Shown one piece after another: positions 1 to 10,304 of a DNA stretch of 64,000 nucleotides (position 1 is its first letter; each line of letters starts with the position of its first letter). Below the pieces are notes generated by a model that did no database searches, had not been told where the DNA came from, and saw only the letters and a program-made list of their open reading frames with translations. Where the stretch lies: assembly GCA_030141605.1 (NCBI GenBank), contig JAQGDQ010000216.1, positions 62,001 to 126,000 of the forward strand. Reading direction: 5' to 3'. Source of the DNA: Tubiluchus corallicola. Lineage: Eukaryota > Animalia > Priapulida. A program made the translations under genes and the position numbers.

Positions 1-2
1 CA

Positions 3-2183
3 CAGCTTTTTGGCCTCAGGGCAAGATCCCGGTGGACATCCTTTTGGTATAATATTTTACTTTTTGTTTTAAGCGTTGTGCTTCTTTTTTCTGCCTATCC
101 GTATATAGGAGTTATTGGCTTGCTAATGAGTGTTACTGCATTGATAAGCTATTTTTTAAAATCTTATCGGTCTGGCAGGTTCGCGCCATATTTTGAAGTA
201 GCCAGAAATATCGCTTACGCTACTGTTATATCCTGGTTATTGGCAAAAGTATGGATGCCGTTGGGAGTGGCTAAAAGTGTAACTGCCAACTTTATTTTTA
301 TGGCTCTTATTATTGCTGTTTTGACTAGTAGCTTTTATGTAGTAATTCATTTTTACGAAAGGATATTACGTTTTCTGCTTAGGGTAAAGCTTATATTTCT
401 CTTTCTTGTCGGAAGCATTATTTATTTTGGTATTCAAATCGCAAAGAATACAGGGCAGGAGTTTATGCCTGCCTTAGATGAAGGTTCATTTTTGTTAATG
501 CCCACATCAATGCCACATTCCGGTATGGAAATGAATGTGGCCAACCTTCGTGCTCTGGATATGGCTGTAACGGCAATACCGGAAGTGGAGACCGTAGTAG
601 GCAAGGCGGGTCGGGTAGAGAGCGCCCTGGATCCTGCTCCAATGTCTATGTATGAAAATGTAATTCTATATAAAACCGAGTACGCTACAGATAAGGAGGG
701 GCACAGGACACGTTTCAAAAAAGATAAGGAAGGCAGGTATTTGCTGGCAAATGGTGGCTCAGTAGAGCATAAGGATGCGTTAATACAAGGATTGGATCCA
801 ACGGATTTGGTGCCTGATGCAAATGGCTACTACTTTCGCCAGTGGCGGGACCATATTCAATCCCCCGATGATATCTGGAGTGAGATTGTAAAAGCTACCA
901 CACTGCCTGGCGTTACTTCTGCCCCGAAGCTACAGCCTATAGAAACCCGTTTGGTAATGCTTCAGACAGGAATGCGGGCACCTATGGGTATCAAGGTAAA
1001 GGGACCTGATTTGAAGACTATTGAGGCTTTTGGGTTGGAGTTGGAGAGACACTTAAAAGAGGTGGAAGGCGTAAAGGCTCCGGCTGTATTTGCAGAGCGG
1101 ATTGTGGGTAAGCCTTACATGCTTTTTGATATTGATAGGGACAAGGTTAGTCGTTACGGCTTGTCTGTAGTAGATGTTCAAAAGCAGCTGCAAGCAGCTG
1201 TTGGCGGTATGGTGATGACCTCCACCGTAGAGGGGAGGGAGCGGTATGATATTCGTATTCGCTATCCCAGAGAGTTAAGGGGCGACCCGGACAAGCTGAA
1301 AGGCATATATGTGTCTACGCCTGTGGGAAGTCAGATACCTTTGGGCGATCTAGCAGAGATAAAATATGAACAGGGTCCCCAGGCCATAAAGAGTGAGGAT
1401 GGCTTTTTAGTCGGTTATGTATTATTTGACAAAGAGTCTGGCTTTGCTGAAACCCAGGTAGTTAATAATGCCATAGGGTATCTGCAGACCAAAATAGCCG
1501 ATGGTGGGCTGGTATTACCAGCCGGTGTCAATTACAGATTTGCCGGAAATTATGAACAGCAGGTACGGGCCAACAAGCGACTATCTATTGTTATACCGGT
1601 AGCCCTTATTCTTATTTTTCTGATTCTTTATTTCCAGTTCAATTCGGTTACCACCTCTCTGATGGTATTTTCAGGCGTTTTTGTGGCCTTCTCAGGCGGT
1701 TTTATTATGATATGGTTGTATGGCCAGCCCTGGTTTATGAATTTTGAGTTTTTTGGTGCCAATATGCGAGACCTTTTTCAAATGAAACCCATTAATCTCA
1801 GTGTAGCTGTATGGGTTGGTTTCTTAGCCCTATCCGGAATTGCAACGGATGACGGGGTGCTGGTAGCTACATTCCTTAAAGGCAGTTTTAAAAGAAATAC
1901 ACCGTCTACAGTCAGTCATATTAGGGATGCAGTGGTCGAAGGTGGACTGCGTAGGGTAAAACCTGCTATGATGACTACTGCAACAACTATATTGGCCCTG
2001 TTGCCCATCCTGACCTCAACAGGTAGGGGTGCGGATATAATGCTGCCTATGGCTATTCCTTCTTTTGGGGGAATGACCCTGCAAATAATTACAATGTTCA
2101 CTGTTCCGGTGCTGTACTCACTCTGGAAAGAGACAGCATTGAAGTTTTCATTGAGCAATAAAAAGAGAAGCGATGAGAATTAA
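3..2183 (+). CDS. CusA/CzcA-family heavy-metal RND efflux permease (5'-truncated by window edge)
   Basis: Frame is open from position 3; motifs EFMPALDEGS, VGKAGRVESALDPAP, R-x-KPAMMT, MAIPSFGG; followed by TolC and CusB genes. Confidence 0.92.
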   Translation, partial: QLFGLRARSRWTSFWYNILLFVLSVVLLFSAYPYIGVIGLLMSVTALISYFLKSYRSGRFAPYFEVARNIAYATVISWLLAKVWMPLGVAKSVTANFIFMALIIAVLTSSFYVVIHFYERILRFLLRVKLIFLFLVGSIIYFGIQIAKNTGQEFMPALDEGSFLLMPTSMPHSGMEMNVANLRALDMAVTAIPEVETVVGKAGRVESALDPAPMSMYENVILYKTEYATDKEGHRTRFKKDKEGRYLLANGGSVEHKDALIQGLDPTDLVPDANGYYFRQWRDHIQSPDDIWSEIVKATTLPGVTSAPKLQPIETRLVMLQTGMRAPMGIKVKGPDLKTIEAFGLELERHLKEVEGVKAPAVFAERIVGKPYMLFDIDRDKVSRYGLSVVDVQKQLQAAVGGMVMTSTVEGRERYDIRIRYPRELRGDPDKLKGIYVSTPVGSQIPLGDLAEIKYEQGPQAIKSEDGFLVGYVLFDKESGFAETQVVNNAIGYLQTKIADGGLVLPAGVNYRFAGNYEQQVRANKRLSIVIPVALILIFLILYFQFNSVTTSLMVFSGVFVAFSGGFIMIWLYGQPWFMNFEFFGANMRDLFQMKPINLSVAVWVGFLALSGIATDDGVLVATFLKGSFKRNTPSTVSHIRDAVVEGGLRRVKPAMMTTATTILALLPILTSTGRGADIMLPMAIPSFGGMTLQIITMFTVPVLYSLWKETALKFSLSNKKRSDEN

Positions 2184-3411
2184 ATATAGAATAAGCATAT
2201 TGCTTTTGTCCCTGTCTGCAATAGTTGTAAATGGGCAGTCTGTTGATAGCTTGTTGCAGTTGGCTTTTGAGAATAATCCGGAGCTAAGGGCACTGCAGCT
2301 GGAGTATGAAGCTGCACTTCAAGGAGGTGCACAGGTAAGCCAGCTACCCGATCCTACAGTTGGTGTGGGAATCCCGATTCTACGACCTGAAACTCGCCTG
2401 GGCAGCCAGGTTCTCGGTATTTCGGCGAGCCAGATGTTTCCGTGGTTTGGCACACTGAAGGCAAAGGAGGATATAGTTCTTACAATGGCAAAGGCGAAAT
2501 ATGAGAGAGTAGCGGCAGTTAGATTAGATCTTATTTATCGGGTTAAAGATGCCTGTTACAACCTCTACCTGCTTGATGTGAAACAGGGTATATTTCGGGA
2601 GAATATTCGAATATTTGAGGCTCTTGAAAAGGTGTCGCTTGCCAAAGTAGAGAGTGGAAAAGCTATAGCTTCCGATGTGCTCAGTGTTCAAATAAAAGTT
2701 GAAGAGTTTAAAAAGCGACTGGAGGTGCTGGAGGAGCAGAAGCAGGTCTTCAATGCCCATATCATTGAAGAGATAAATGGTTCTTTTGGCGACACAATAA
2801 CGATTACCGACACGTTGGTAGCACCGGCTGAGATTCAATATGACCTGAGTGAATACCGCCGGAAGATTCAGGATTTTCATCCATTAATCAGGCAGATAGA
2901 GTGGAAGATTGAGGCTTCAAATAAAGAGATTGATTTAAACAGTCTTTCAGGAAAGCCAACGCTTGGAGTGGGGCTTGATTATAGTATTGTAAGCAGAAGA
3001 ACAGATGCTTCGCCTGCTGATAACGGACGGGATATTCTTATTCCCAAAGTAATGATCTCAATACCGGTATATCGCAAAAAATATACGGCCAAGAGTGAGG
3101 AAGAGCGACTGAAGCAGGAAGCGCTCATCCTTCAAAAAGAGCAGGTGGAAAATAGAATGATAAGGCTTATTCAGAGCTACGGTGCGGAGCATCAGAGCGC
3201 TTTACTGATGTATGAACTGGCAAATAGCCAGCTCGTAATATCCCGCACCTCTTTTGATATTTTACTTGCTGAATATAGCGGCAAAGGAGGCCGCTTTGAC
3301 GAGTTGATGAAGCTGCAGAGTGATATAGTAAAGTATGAGTTAGAGATAGCCAAAGCTATAGTTCAGACACATTTGGCAAAGATTAAGATTGACAGGTTGA
3401 GCGATTTTTAA
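2173..3411 (+). CDS. TolC-family outer membrane efflux protein
   Basis: Signal peptide; AFENNPEL, LPDP, SQMFPWFG motifs; overlaps the RND stop codon. Confidence 0.88.
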   Translation: MRIKYRISILLLSLSAIVVNGQSVDSLLQLAFENNPELRALQLEYEAALQGGAQVSQLPDPTVGVGIPILRPETRLGSQVLGISASQMFPWFGTLKAKEDIVLTMAKAKYERVAAVRLDLIYRVKDACYNLYLLDVKQGIFRENIRIFEALEKVSLAKVESGKAIASDVLSVQIKVEEFKKRLEVLEEQKQVFNAHIIEEINGSFGDTITITDTLVAPAEIQYDLSEYRRKIQDFHPLIRQIEWKIEASNKEIDLNSLSGKPTLGVGLDYSIVSRRTDASPADNGRDILIPKVMISIPVYRKKYTAKSEEERLKQEALILQKEQVENRMIRLIQSYGAEHQSALLMYELANSQLVISRTSFDILLAEYSGKGGRFDELMKLQSDIVKYELEIAKAIVQTHLAKIKIDRLSDF

Positions 3412-3414
3412 AAT

Positions 3415-5196
3415 ATGTATGTAATGATGAAAAGATACAGAGTATATATTGTTGCGGTTCTCGCCCTGGCAGCAGGATTATTGTTAGGCCGGGTGCTTTT
3501 TAAGGGGAGAAGTAAGCCGGTTGCAGATGGGCACAGCCACCATGCACCCCATGCAGAAGAGCAGGTGTGGATCTGCTCTATGCATCCCCAGATCAGGCAG
3601 AACGAACCGGGTGATTGCCCGATTTGTGGTATGGATCTGATTCCGGCAAACCTTACAGATAGTTCTTCGGGTACACATGGGCTTCAAATGACACAGGAGG
3701 CCATGAGCTTAGCTAATATTCAGACAACAGTAGTAGGAGAAAGCTCGTTGGTAAGCAGCCGGATTTTAAGTCTTAATGGAATAATACAGGCTGATGAAAC
3801 CAAAGCCTCAAGCCTTGTTACCCATATTCCAGGCAGAATAGAAAAACTGTACGTCAGTTTCACAGGGGAAGAGATAAGTAAAGGGCAAAAGATAGCAGAG
3901 GTTTACTCTCCCGAGTTAATCACCGCCCAGAGAGAACTGATAGAAGCCCGGAAACTTGTGGATGTAAACCCGGAGCTACTCAGTGCAGCCAAGAGCAAAC
4001 TAAAATACTGGAGAATTGATAACCGACTTATTGATGAAGTTTTGAGCTCTGGCACCATTCGGGAAACTTTCAATATCTATGCCGGCCATTCGGGTATTGT
4101 TTTGCAAAAGAGGGTATCTGTCGGGGACTACTTGTCCACAGGCGAGGTGCTTTTTGATGTTCAGAGCCTGGACAGTGTATGGGCTTTATTGGATGTGTAT
4201 GAGGATGACTTGCCAAAGATAAGGATAGGCAGCAGGATTGAGTTTGCAACACCCTCTATTCCAAATAGAACGTTTAGGGCAAGCATCACTTTTATATATC
4301 CTATAATCAATTCACGGACCAGAGTAGCTACAATAAGGGCAGAGGTGAATAATACAGATAAGAGGTTAAAGCCCGAAATGTTTATTTATGGCAAGTTGAA
4401 TACCACACAGGACACAGGTAGTTTAATTATTCCCAGGACAGCGGTGTTGTGGACAGGGCGGCGGTCGGTAGCTTATGTGAAGGTTCCAGGCACAGATATT
4501 CCCTCTTTTGAGTACCGCGAGGTTGAACTGGGAGAGAGTACGGGTAGTGGGTATACCGTTTTAAGTGGGTTAAGCCTGGGTGATGAGGTAGTAACAAACG
4601 GCGCTTTTGTTATAGATGCTTCAGCACAACTCAATAATCAGGCAAGTATGATGAACAGGGGTGTAGTTGTAAAAAATGCCAGTCATTCAGAGTCCCTCCC
4701 TGATTATACTGATGTTACTCCTGCCGTGTTTAAAAGCCAGTTGAGTATGGTAACAGACGGTTACTTGCAGCTTAAGGATGCCCTGGTTGCTACCGATCAT
4801 AAAGAGGCAAAGCAGGCTGCTGGTAGGACGACTACTGAGCTTAATAAAGTTGATATGGCATTGGTAAAAGGGGATGCACATGTTTACTGGATGGAGCAGT
4901 TAAAAGCGCTGAAAGCTCACGGAAACAGGATTGCTGCTACAGACGACGTTGAGGAGCAGAGAAGACAGTTTGATTTTTTTTCACAAGCTTTGATAAAAGC
5001 GGTAAAAGTTTTCGGTATACCCGAAGGTACACTATATGTACAGCACTGTCCAATGGTAAACAACGATAACGGTGCAGGCTGGATTAGCAAGGAGGAGAAG
5101 GTGCAAAATCCATATTTCGGAGATAAGATGTTGACTTGTGGTATGGTGCAAGATACTATTGACCAACACTATAAGAATCGATCAACGCAGAAGTAG
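3415..5196 (+). CDS. CusB-like periplasmic adaptor with heavy-metal-binding (CSMHP...CPICGMDL) and C-terminal DUF3347-like domain
   Basis: His-rich linker, CSMHPQI, LKPEMF, C-terminal HCPM...NPYFGDKMLTCG. Confidence 0.9.
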   Translation: MYVMMKRYRVYIVAVLALAAGLLLGRVLFKGRSKPVADGHSHHAPHAEEQVWICSMHPQIRQNEPGDCPICGMDLIPANLTDSSSGTHGLQMTQEAMSLANIQTTVVGESSLVSSRILSLNGIIQADETKASSLVTHIPGRIEKLYVSFTGEEISKGQKIAEVYSPELITAQRELIEARKLVDVNPELLSAAKSKLKYWRIDNRLIDEVLSSGTIRETFNIYAGHSGIVLQKRVSVGDYLSTGEVLFDVQSLDSVWALLDVYEDDLPKIRIGSRIEFATPSIPNRTFRASITFIYPIINSRTRVATIRAEVNNTDKRLKPEMFIYGKLNTTQDTGSLIIPRTAVLWTGRRSVAYVKVPGTDIPSFEYREVELGESTGSGYTVLSGLSLGDEVVTNGAFVIDASAQLNNQASMMNRGVVVKNASHSESLPDYTDVTPAVFKSQLSMVTDGYLQLKDALVATDHKEAKQAAGRTTTELNKVDMALVKGDAHVYWMEQLKALKAHGNRIAATDDVEEQRRQFDFFSQALIKAVKVFGIPEGTLYVQHCPMVNNDNGAGWISKEEKVQNPYFGDKMLTCGMVQDTIDQHYKNRSTQK

Positions 5197-5266
5197 CCGA
5201 GCGGGTAGTGGCTTAAAGTATACATATGAGGGCCACTGTAATCACAGTTTGTCTTACGGGAAGCGC

Positions 5267-5302
5267 GCCCATAATCATTACCGGATGATGATTATGGGCT
5301 TT
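5267..5302 (+). terminator. Intrinsic terminator-like hairpin after the efflux operon
   Basis: GCCCATAATCAT...ATGATTATGGGC followed by TTT. Confidence 0.6.
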
Positions 5303-5517
5303 AAACGGTAGCTCTGGATATCGGTAATGCCTTGTTTAAATGTGGGGAGGGTGATGTTTTAGTTTTTTTTATTGCTGCCAATGTTTTCGCTGACAAAAGC
5401 TTTATTGCATTTTTTTAACAAAATTTAGCATATATAGCTTTTGTAAGTGTTGGGAAACAGTGTATTATTGTTAAAAATGATAGTATGTTTTATTTTAATT
5501 TTAAAAGATTACAGATT

Positions 5518-5955
5518 ATGAAAAAACAGGTTTGGGCTTTGATACTAGTTGGTTTTTTTATGTTATTGACAACCGGTGTGTACGCACAGAGCAAATGTAG
5601 CAAGCATAGTAAGTGCAGTAAGAAAGAGAGTGCAACAGCTAGCAGCTGTGACAGCAAAGGTTCTGCTACTGTTAATTTGCTGAAGACAGGTGAGTCAACC
5701 ACTATTTCGGTAAAAGGGAATTGTGGTATGTGTGAGAAGAAGATAGAGAGTTCGGCAAAGTCTGTTCCCGGTGTGAAGTCTGCTGACTGGGATAAGAGTA
5801 CAAAAAGCCTGCTGCTTGTTGCAAGCAGCGATGTTGATTTAAGCAAAGTGCATGGCGCTATCTCCCATGCGGGATATGCCACCGGAGAGAAGGATGCCTG
5901 CCCCAAGGCCTATGCTGCTCTTCCCGGGTGCTGCAAGTATGCGTCGAAGGAGTAG
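5518..5955 (+). CDS. Exported heavy-metal-associated (HMA) domain protein
   Basis: Signal peptide, GNCGMC metal motif, AYAALPGCCKY tail typical of Bacteroidota HMA proteins; start moved to ATG 5518. Confidence 0.82.
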   Translation: MKKQVWALILVGFFMLLTTGVYAQSKCSKHSKCSKKESATASSCDSKGSATVNLLKTGESTTISVKGNCGMCEKKIESSAKSVPGVKSADWDKSTKSLLLVASSDVDLSKVHGAISHAGYATGEKDACPKAYAALPGCCKYASKE

Positions 5956-6044
5956 CGTGGTGCTTTAAGTAGAAGCTCCGGGAGAGGGGGAGGTTGTTAT
6001 TGCCTGATCACACCTGTGTGTGTTAAGAGGTTGACTGTTTGTGG

Positions 6045-7070
6045 CTAGAATAGTGTTTGTGCTTCCCCTCCCGCTTTAAACCGCCCCAGATGCTGGTATG
6101 CATGGTTTGTAGCTTCTCTTCCGCGGGGAGTTCTTTTCAGGAACCCCTCTTTTATAAGAAATGGCTCGTACACCTCCTCTATGGTGCCAGGATCTTCCCC
6201 TACAGCAGTAGCTATTGTTGTTATTCCAACAGGACCTCCACTAAATTTGTCAATGATGGTGGAGAGGATTTTATTGTCCATCTCATCCAGTCCGTGTTTG
6301 TCAATATTGAGAGACTCAAGAGAAGATCTTGTGATGCCAATATCAATGTTGCCGTCACTTTTTACCATTGCAAAGTCTCTTACCCTTCTTAGCAGGGCAT
6401 TTACAATTCTAGGAGTTCCTCTGCTTCTGGTTGCAATCTCAACAGCGGCTTCGTCGGAGATATGAACACCCAGTATGCCGGCTGACCTTTTTACTATCTT
6501 TGTTAGTATTACACTATCGTAATACTCCAGGTGGCAGTTGATTCCAAATCTGGCTCTGAGAGGACTGGTTAACAGCCCGGAGCGTGTAGTTGCACCTATC
6601 AGTGTGAACGGGTTTATTTCCAGTTGTATTGAGCGAGCACTTGCTCCTTTGTCAATGATTATATCTATATGGTAGTCCTCCATCGCGGAGTAGAGATACT
6701 CCTCTACAATCGGGCTTAGCCTGTGTATCTCGTCAATAAATAGGACATCGTTATTATCCAGGTTTGTAAGCACTCCTGCCAGGTCTCCGGGTTTGTCCAA
6801 AACGGGACCTGATGTGAGTTTCAGGTTAACGCCCAACTCACTTGCGAGTATGTTTGACAGAGTGGTTTTTCCTAAGCCGGGAGGGCCGTGCAGTAGAACA
6901 TGGTCGAGGGCTTCCCCCCTCATTATAGCAGCTCTTACAAAGACTTGCAGGTTGGAGACAGTTTTTGCCTGACCCTCAAAGTCATTGAAGTTTAAAGGCC
7001 TGAGTCTTTTGTCAAACTCCTGCTCTGTGTCTGAAAGGCCTCCCCCTCTAAGGTCAAAAGATATATTCAT
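6045..7070 (-). CDS. ruvB: Holliday junction branch migration helicase RuvB
   Basis: [33 protein letters not shown] motifs. Confidence 0.98.
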   Translation of the reverse strand: MNISFDLRGGGLSDTEQEFDKRLRPLNFNDFEGQAKTVSNLQVFVRAAIMRGEALDHVLLHGPPGLGKTTLSNILASELGVNLKLTSGPVLDKPGDLAGVLTNLDNNDVLFIDEIHRLSPIVEEYLYSAMEDYHIDIIIDKGASARSIQLEINPFTLIGATTRSGLLTSPLRARFGINCHLEYYDSVILTKIVKRSAGILGVHISDEAAVEIATRSRGTPRIVNALLRRVRDFAMVKSDGNIDIGITRSSLESLNIDKHGLDEMDNKILSTIIDKFSGGPVGITTIATAVGEDPGTIEEVYEPFLIKEGFLKRTPRGREATNHAYQHLGRFKAGGEAQTLF

Positions 7071-7092
7071 AACAAAGATTTACTTTGTCATG

Positions 7093-7120
7093 CAAAGTTA
7101 GTTTTTTTGATTTATATTTG
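7093..7120. promoter_or_regulatory. Divergent Bacteroidota sigma-A -7 boxes for ruvB and tRNA-Leu
   Basis: TAACTTTG on - strand (7093-7100) and TATATTTG on + strand (7113-7120) match TAnnTTTG. Confidence 0.55.
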
Positions 7121-7143
7121 TGCCTCGCACGAAGAGCTGTATT

Positions 7144-7227
7144 GCCCGGATGGCGGAATTGGTAGACGCGCTGGATTCAAAATCCAGTTCTGGCAACAGA
7201 GTGTGGGTTCGATTCCCACTCCGGGTA
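7144..7227 (+). tRNA. tRNA-Leu (anticodon CAA)
   Basis: Acceptor GCCCGGA/TCCGGGT, D-loop GGAATTGGTAGAC, anticodon arm CTGGA-TTCAAAA-TCCAG, long variable arm, T-loop GGTTCGATTCC; CCA not encoded. Confidence 0.97.
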
Positions 7228-7231
7228 CGAA

Positions 7232-7440
7232 TAATCGAAGGGCTATAAATTTCCTTTCGGGCAGTGGTGTTGAAATTATAAAATGCGTCAGTATTACAAT
7301 CGTACTCCCCAAGGAAGTTAGATCCTGCAAATACAGAAGCAGTAACGTGCAAAGGTCCGGTTTTACCTTCTTTGGTTACAATATTTATAGCTCCGTTTGG
7401 AGCCTGTACTCCGTATTCGCTAAGTTGTGCTACATCTTTA
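7232..7440 (-). pseudogene. Fragment of a SusC/TonB-receptor plug domain
   Basis: KDVAQLSEYGVQAPNGAINIVTKEGK resembles the plug signature KDA..YG..G.NGVI.ITTK.G; no start or barrel domain. Confidence 0.6.
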
Positions 7441-8102
7441 TTTACAAACTTCCGAAACAAATGCCTCAACATCTATTGGCCGGACTTAACTGCTCGTGGG
7501 CAACAGTTGCCGCAGCTATTCATCTTGCCGGAAATGTCAAGGGTAAAAATGTTCTAATAACAGGTACGGGAATGCTGGGAATACTAGCTACCATGATGTG
7601 CAAAGAGGCCGGTGCCCAAAATATTCTTGTTCTAGAACAAAATGAGAAACGACTTGAATTAACAAGAATGTTTGGAGCAGATTATCTTATGCCTGCATCG
7701 TCAGATAATGAAGTAGCAAAAAAGGTAATTAAGGAATACTTCGATGAAACTGGTGTGGATTGTGTTTTAGAAATGACAGGTGCTAATAGTGCCATCGAAT
7801 TTGGCCTTGAAGCCGCGGGGATGGGAGCAACAATTGTACTGGCAGGTTCCGTTACTCCAACCGCTGATGTTGAAATCAATCCCGAACAAATGGTACGAAA
7901 ACTTATGCAAATAACGGGTACACATAACTACACTCCTGAAGATTTGGCAAAGGCCTTTGATTTTATGCAACTTGCCCATAATAAATACCCTGTTGGTCTT
8001 TGATTTGACGAGGAGGTCTTTGATTTGAATACACTAGATAAAGCAGTAGAGCAAGCTTTAAGGAGTTCTAAGCATCGTATTGTAGTTAAACTTGATTCAT
8101 AG
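7434..8102 (+). pseudogene. 3' half of a zinc-dependent alcohol dehydrogenase (phosphonate-catabolism-associated type), with in-frame TGA at 8001-8003
   Basis: NCSWATVAAA, GTGMLG, VLEMTG, LAGSV, NPEQMVRK...GTHNY; Zn-binding N-terminus absent; frame continues FDEEVFDLNTLDKAV...KLDS* after the TGA. Confidence 0.72.
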
Positions 8103-8790
8103 TTTATTTGCTTACTCCGATATTCTTGTAAAATACACGATTTAAATGTAGTCTTTGGTAGTATTTTGAGTGCGAGGAATCCTGTTTATTGGTTCTTATT
8201 CTTGTAAGAAGTATAAGCTAGAGAGATTCTTTCTAAGATTTTTTGTTGTAGTTTCTTTTCAAGCTCGTTGTCATATTGTAAAAAGTCTAAAAAGGGGAGG
8301 GGAATGCAAGATGTGTTTATGTGGAACATAAACTCTTGTGTCTGCCGACAGCTGATGAATAACTGCATACCCCTTGGTATAGAATTAAGGTATCCCAAAT
8401 CTTCAACAAATTGATTCCATTTCAGCTAACAGGCAAAAGACTACCGCATAAAAGCAACAAATGAAAGAGCAAGAGTTTTTATAGGATTGGTTCATTTTGA
8501 ATGAATACACCTTTCTAATTCTTCCAAAGGTAAATTCATTACAAAATAGCGGTAAAAACCCATGCCATTTCATTTGCCTCCAACACACTTTCCATTTATA
8601 TACTCTATTAAAAACCAAATGTAATTGATGTTTTTTTGCAACGTAATCAAAATCATCAGCAAAGTAAGCCTCGTATATTTTTCAAACAAAAGTGTTCGGC
8701 ATAAACGCACATTCCTGCGCTAAAGGCAATTTATTCCACTTCCTTTTGTTTGAAGAATACACTCACGCCGAAAGGTGCTTAAGGTTTTGA

Positions 8791-9789
8791 TTAAGAGATA
8801 CTCTTGACTTCCCTTTTATTAGTTCCCCTTGGATCATTGCAAATATGGTTTATATCATATGGTTTTCTACTTTGAATACCATAAACAATCCTTAACATTT
8901 TATTAGACACGTTATTCATTATCAGATAATAAGGTTTACCTTCAAGTTTCTTTCTTTCAGCATATAAACTAAATTCTTTGTTATGCGCTACAGCTGTTTT
9001 TGCTCCAAGAAATAGCAATGATTTTAATTTTTTATCAGCCATATGACTTGTTTTTGGTTTTAATGACATCTTCCCCGATGAATTAGGGTAAGGACATAAA
9101 CCAGCATATGCCGCAGCTTTTTTGGCTGTATATATGCGCTTAAAATTTTCGGTTTTGATAATTAAGTTGTTAGCGATGATTGGGCCGATGCCTTTAATGC
9201 TGACAATGAGCCTATAGTTATCAAATAGCTCGGGATCTGCTTGGATAACTTTTTCAATCTCTGCTTCAATGAGATTAATTTCAGCGTCTAAATGGGTAAT
9301 CGTCTTTTTAAAGCTATTACGGGCAGCAATGCTTTGAAGTGGTTCCTGGGACCTTGCTTCATCACCTAAAATGAGGGATTTTCTACTTTTGGCTAATTGT
9401 TCACGCAGGGAGTAAAGACCTTTCATTTCTATAATGGATTCGGCTTTGGGTTCTACAAAACGCAGATCCTCTGCAAATCTTTCCCCGTATTTGCGGATAC
9501 GAACGGCATCAATGTCATCACTTTTTCCTCTTTGAAGTCCCATGCTGTGCTTGATACTGTAGCCTGAAGCCAGTGCGATTTTAATTTTGTATTGATAACA
9601 GAGATGTACCAATAAGTCACCATAGCTCCCGGTATGTTCCGCTACCAGGATAGCGCTTTGGGTTAATCTTTCTAAGAAGTAGCAAATACCCTTAAAGTTG
9701 TTGGGTATAACCTCTCTTTTCTCTTTGTTTCCCAAAAGATAACTAACATCAAATTTTTCCTTTGACAGATCAATTCCATAAATTTGCAT
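8791..9789 (-). CDS. IS110-family DEDD recombinase/transposase
   Basis: MQIYGIDLS (D), AEHTG (E), KSDDIDA (D,D), SIKGIG, NSSGK serine motif; start placed at ATG 9789. Confidence 0.92.
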   Translation of the reverse strand: MQIYGIDLSKEKFDVSYLLGNKEKREVIPNNFKGICYFLERLTQSAILVAEHTGSYGDLLVHLCYQYKIKIALASGYSIKHSMGLQRGKSDDIDAVRIRKYGERFAEDLRFVEPKAESIIEMKGLYSLREQLAKSRKSLILGDEARSQEPLQSIAARNSFKKTITHLDAEINLIEAEIEKVIQADPELFDNYRLIVSIKGIGPIIANNLIIKTENFKRIYTAKKAAAYAGLCPYPNSSGKMSLKPKTSHMADKKLKSLLFLGAKTAVAHNKEFSLYAERKKLEGKPYYLIMNNVSNKMLRIVYGIQSRKPYDINHICNDPRGTNKREVKSIS

Positions 9790-10007
9790 AATAAATTGTA
9801 TTAATGCTTCAATTGAGTGGCTAAAATCGTTAATGGGTTCTTCCCTAAATACTCTCTGGCTTTTACTCAAAAACTTACTGTGCTTGATATAAATGATAGA
9901 TTCTCTCTATTCCGTTTCAAAAGTTAATGCAGTAAGTGAAGCTGTTTGTATAAAGGTAATTGTGGGTAAATTAATGTCTTTTACCTTTATAATCGTAAAG
10001 TAACGAT
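8798..10007 (-). mobile_element. IS110-family element, ends inferred from bridge-RNA guides (core AT at 8798-8799 and 10006-10007)
   Basis: DEDD recombinase plus ~220-bp structured non-coding end whose loops match the junction sequences. Confidence 0.72.
9806..9991 (-). ncRNA. Predicted IS110 bridge RNA (5' stem-loop, target-binding loop, donor-binding loop)
   Basis: Stems TATAAAGGTAA/TTACCTTTATA, GCTTCA/TGAAGC, CTTACTG/CAGTAAG, TTGAGT/ACTCAA; loop segments match the element ends. Confidence 0.7.
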
Positions 10008-10250
10008 TCAGTTTCCTTTTGCCTGTTAGCTGAATTATAAAATCCGGTGTTTACGATTTGGGATTAAGTATGATTTTGGAAATCAAAAATATATGAGTTT
10101 AGCTGTTTGATTAAGTATACTTTTTATTTCATCAGCAATAAAAGTCCTTCGAAAAAATGTGCCCAGACGCAAAAAGTCGTTCGAAAAAGTGTATTTAAGA
10201 AGAGCAAAAAGGTAATATCTGAAGTTGACTTACAATTTCGAAATGATTTG

Positions 10251-10304
10251 TATAGCTCATAAATCAGATTATTTTGGGCTATAAATATGTATTTTATAGC
10301 TCAT
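10251..10304. repeat. GGGCTATAA-N9-TTATAGCTC palindrome plus a half site, downstream of the Fic gene
   Basis: 10276-10302; same motif occurs at 11547-11573 and 11591-11616. Confidence 0.7.

Noticed and set aside
7107-8003. 298-aa ORF spanning the tRNA
   Set aside because: Chimeric read-through of tRNA, antisense SusC fragment and ADH fragment; only the 3' part is protein-like
8001-8003. In-frame TGA as possible selenocysteine or recoding
   Set aside because: Not at a catalytic Cys position, no SECIS-like hairpin seen, gene is already truncated, and TGA serves as a normal stop elsewhere in the window
8186-8618. Two ~70-aa minus-strand ORFs
   Set aside because: No recognisable motif; treated as unassigned island debris
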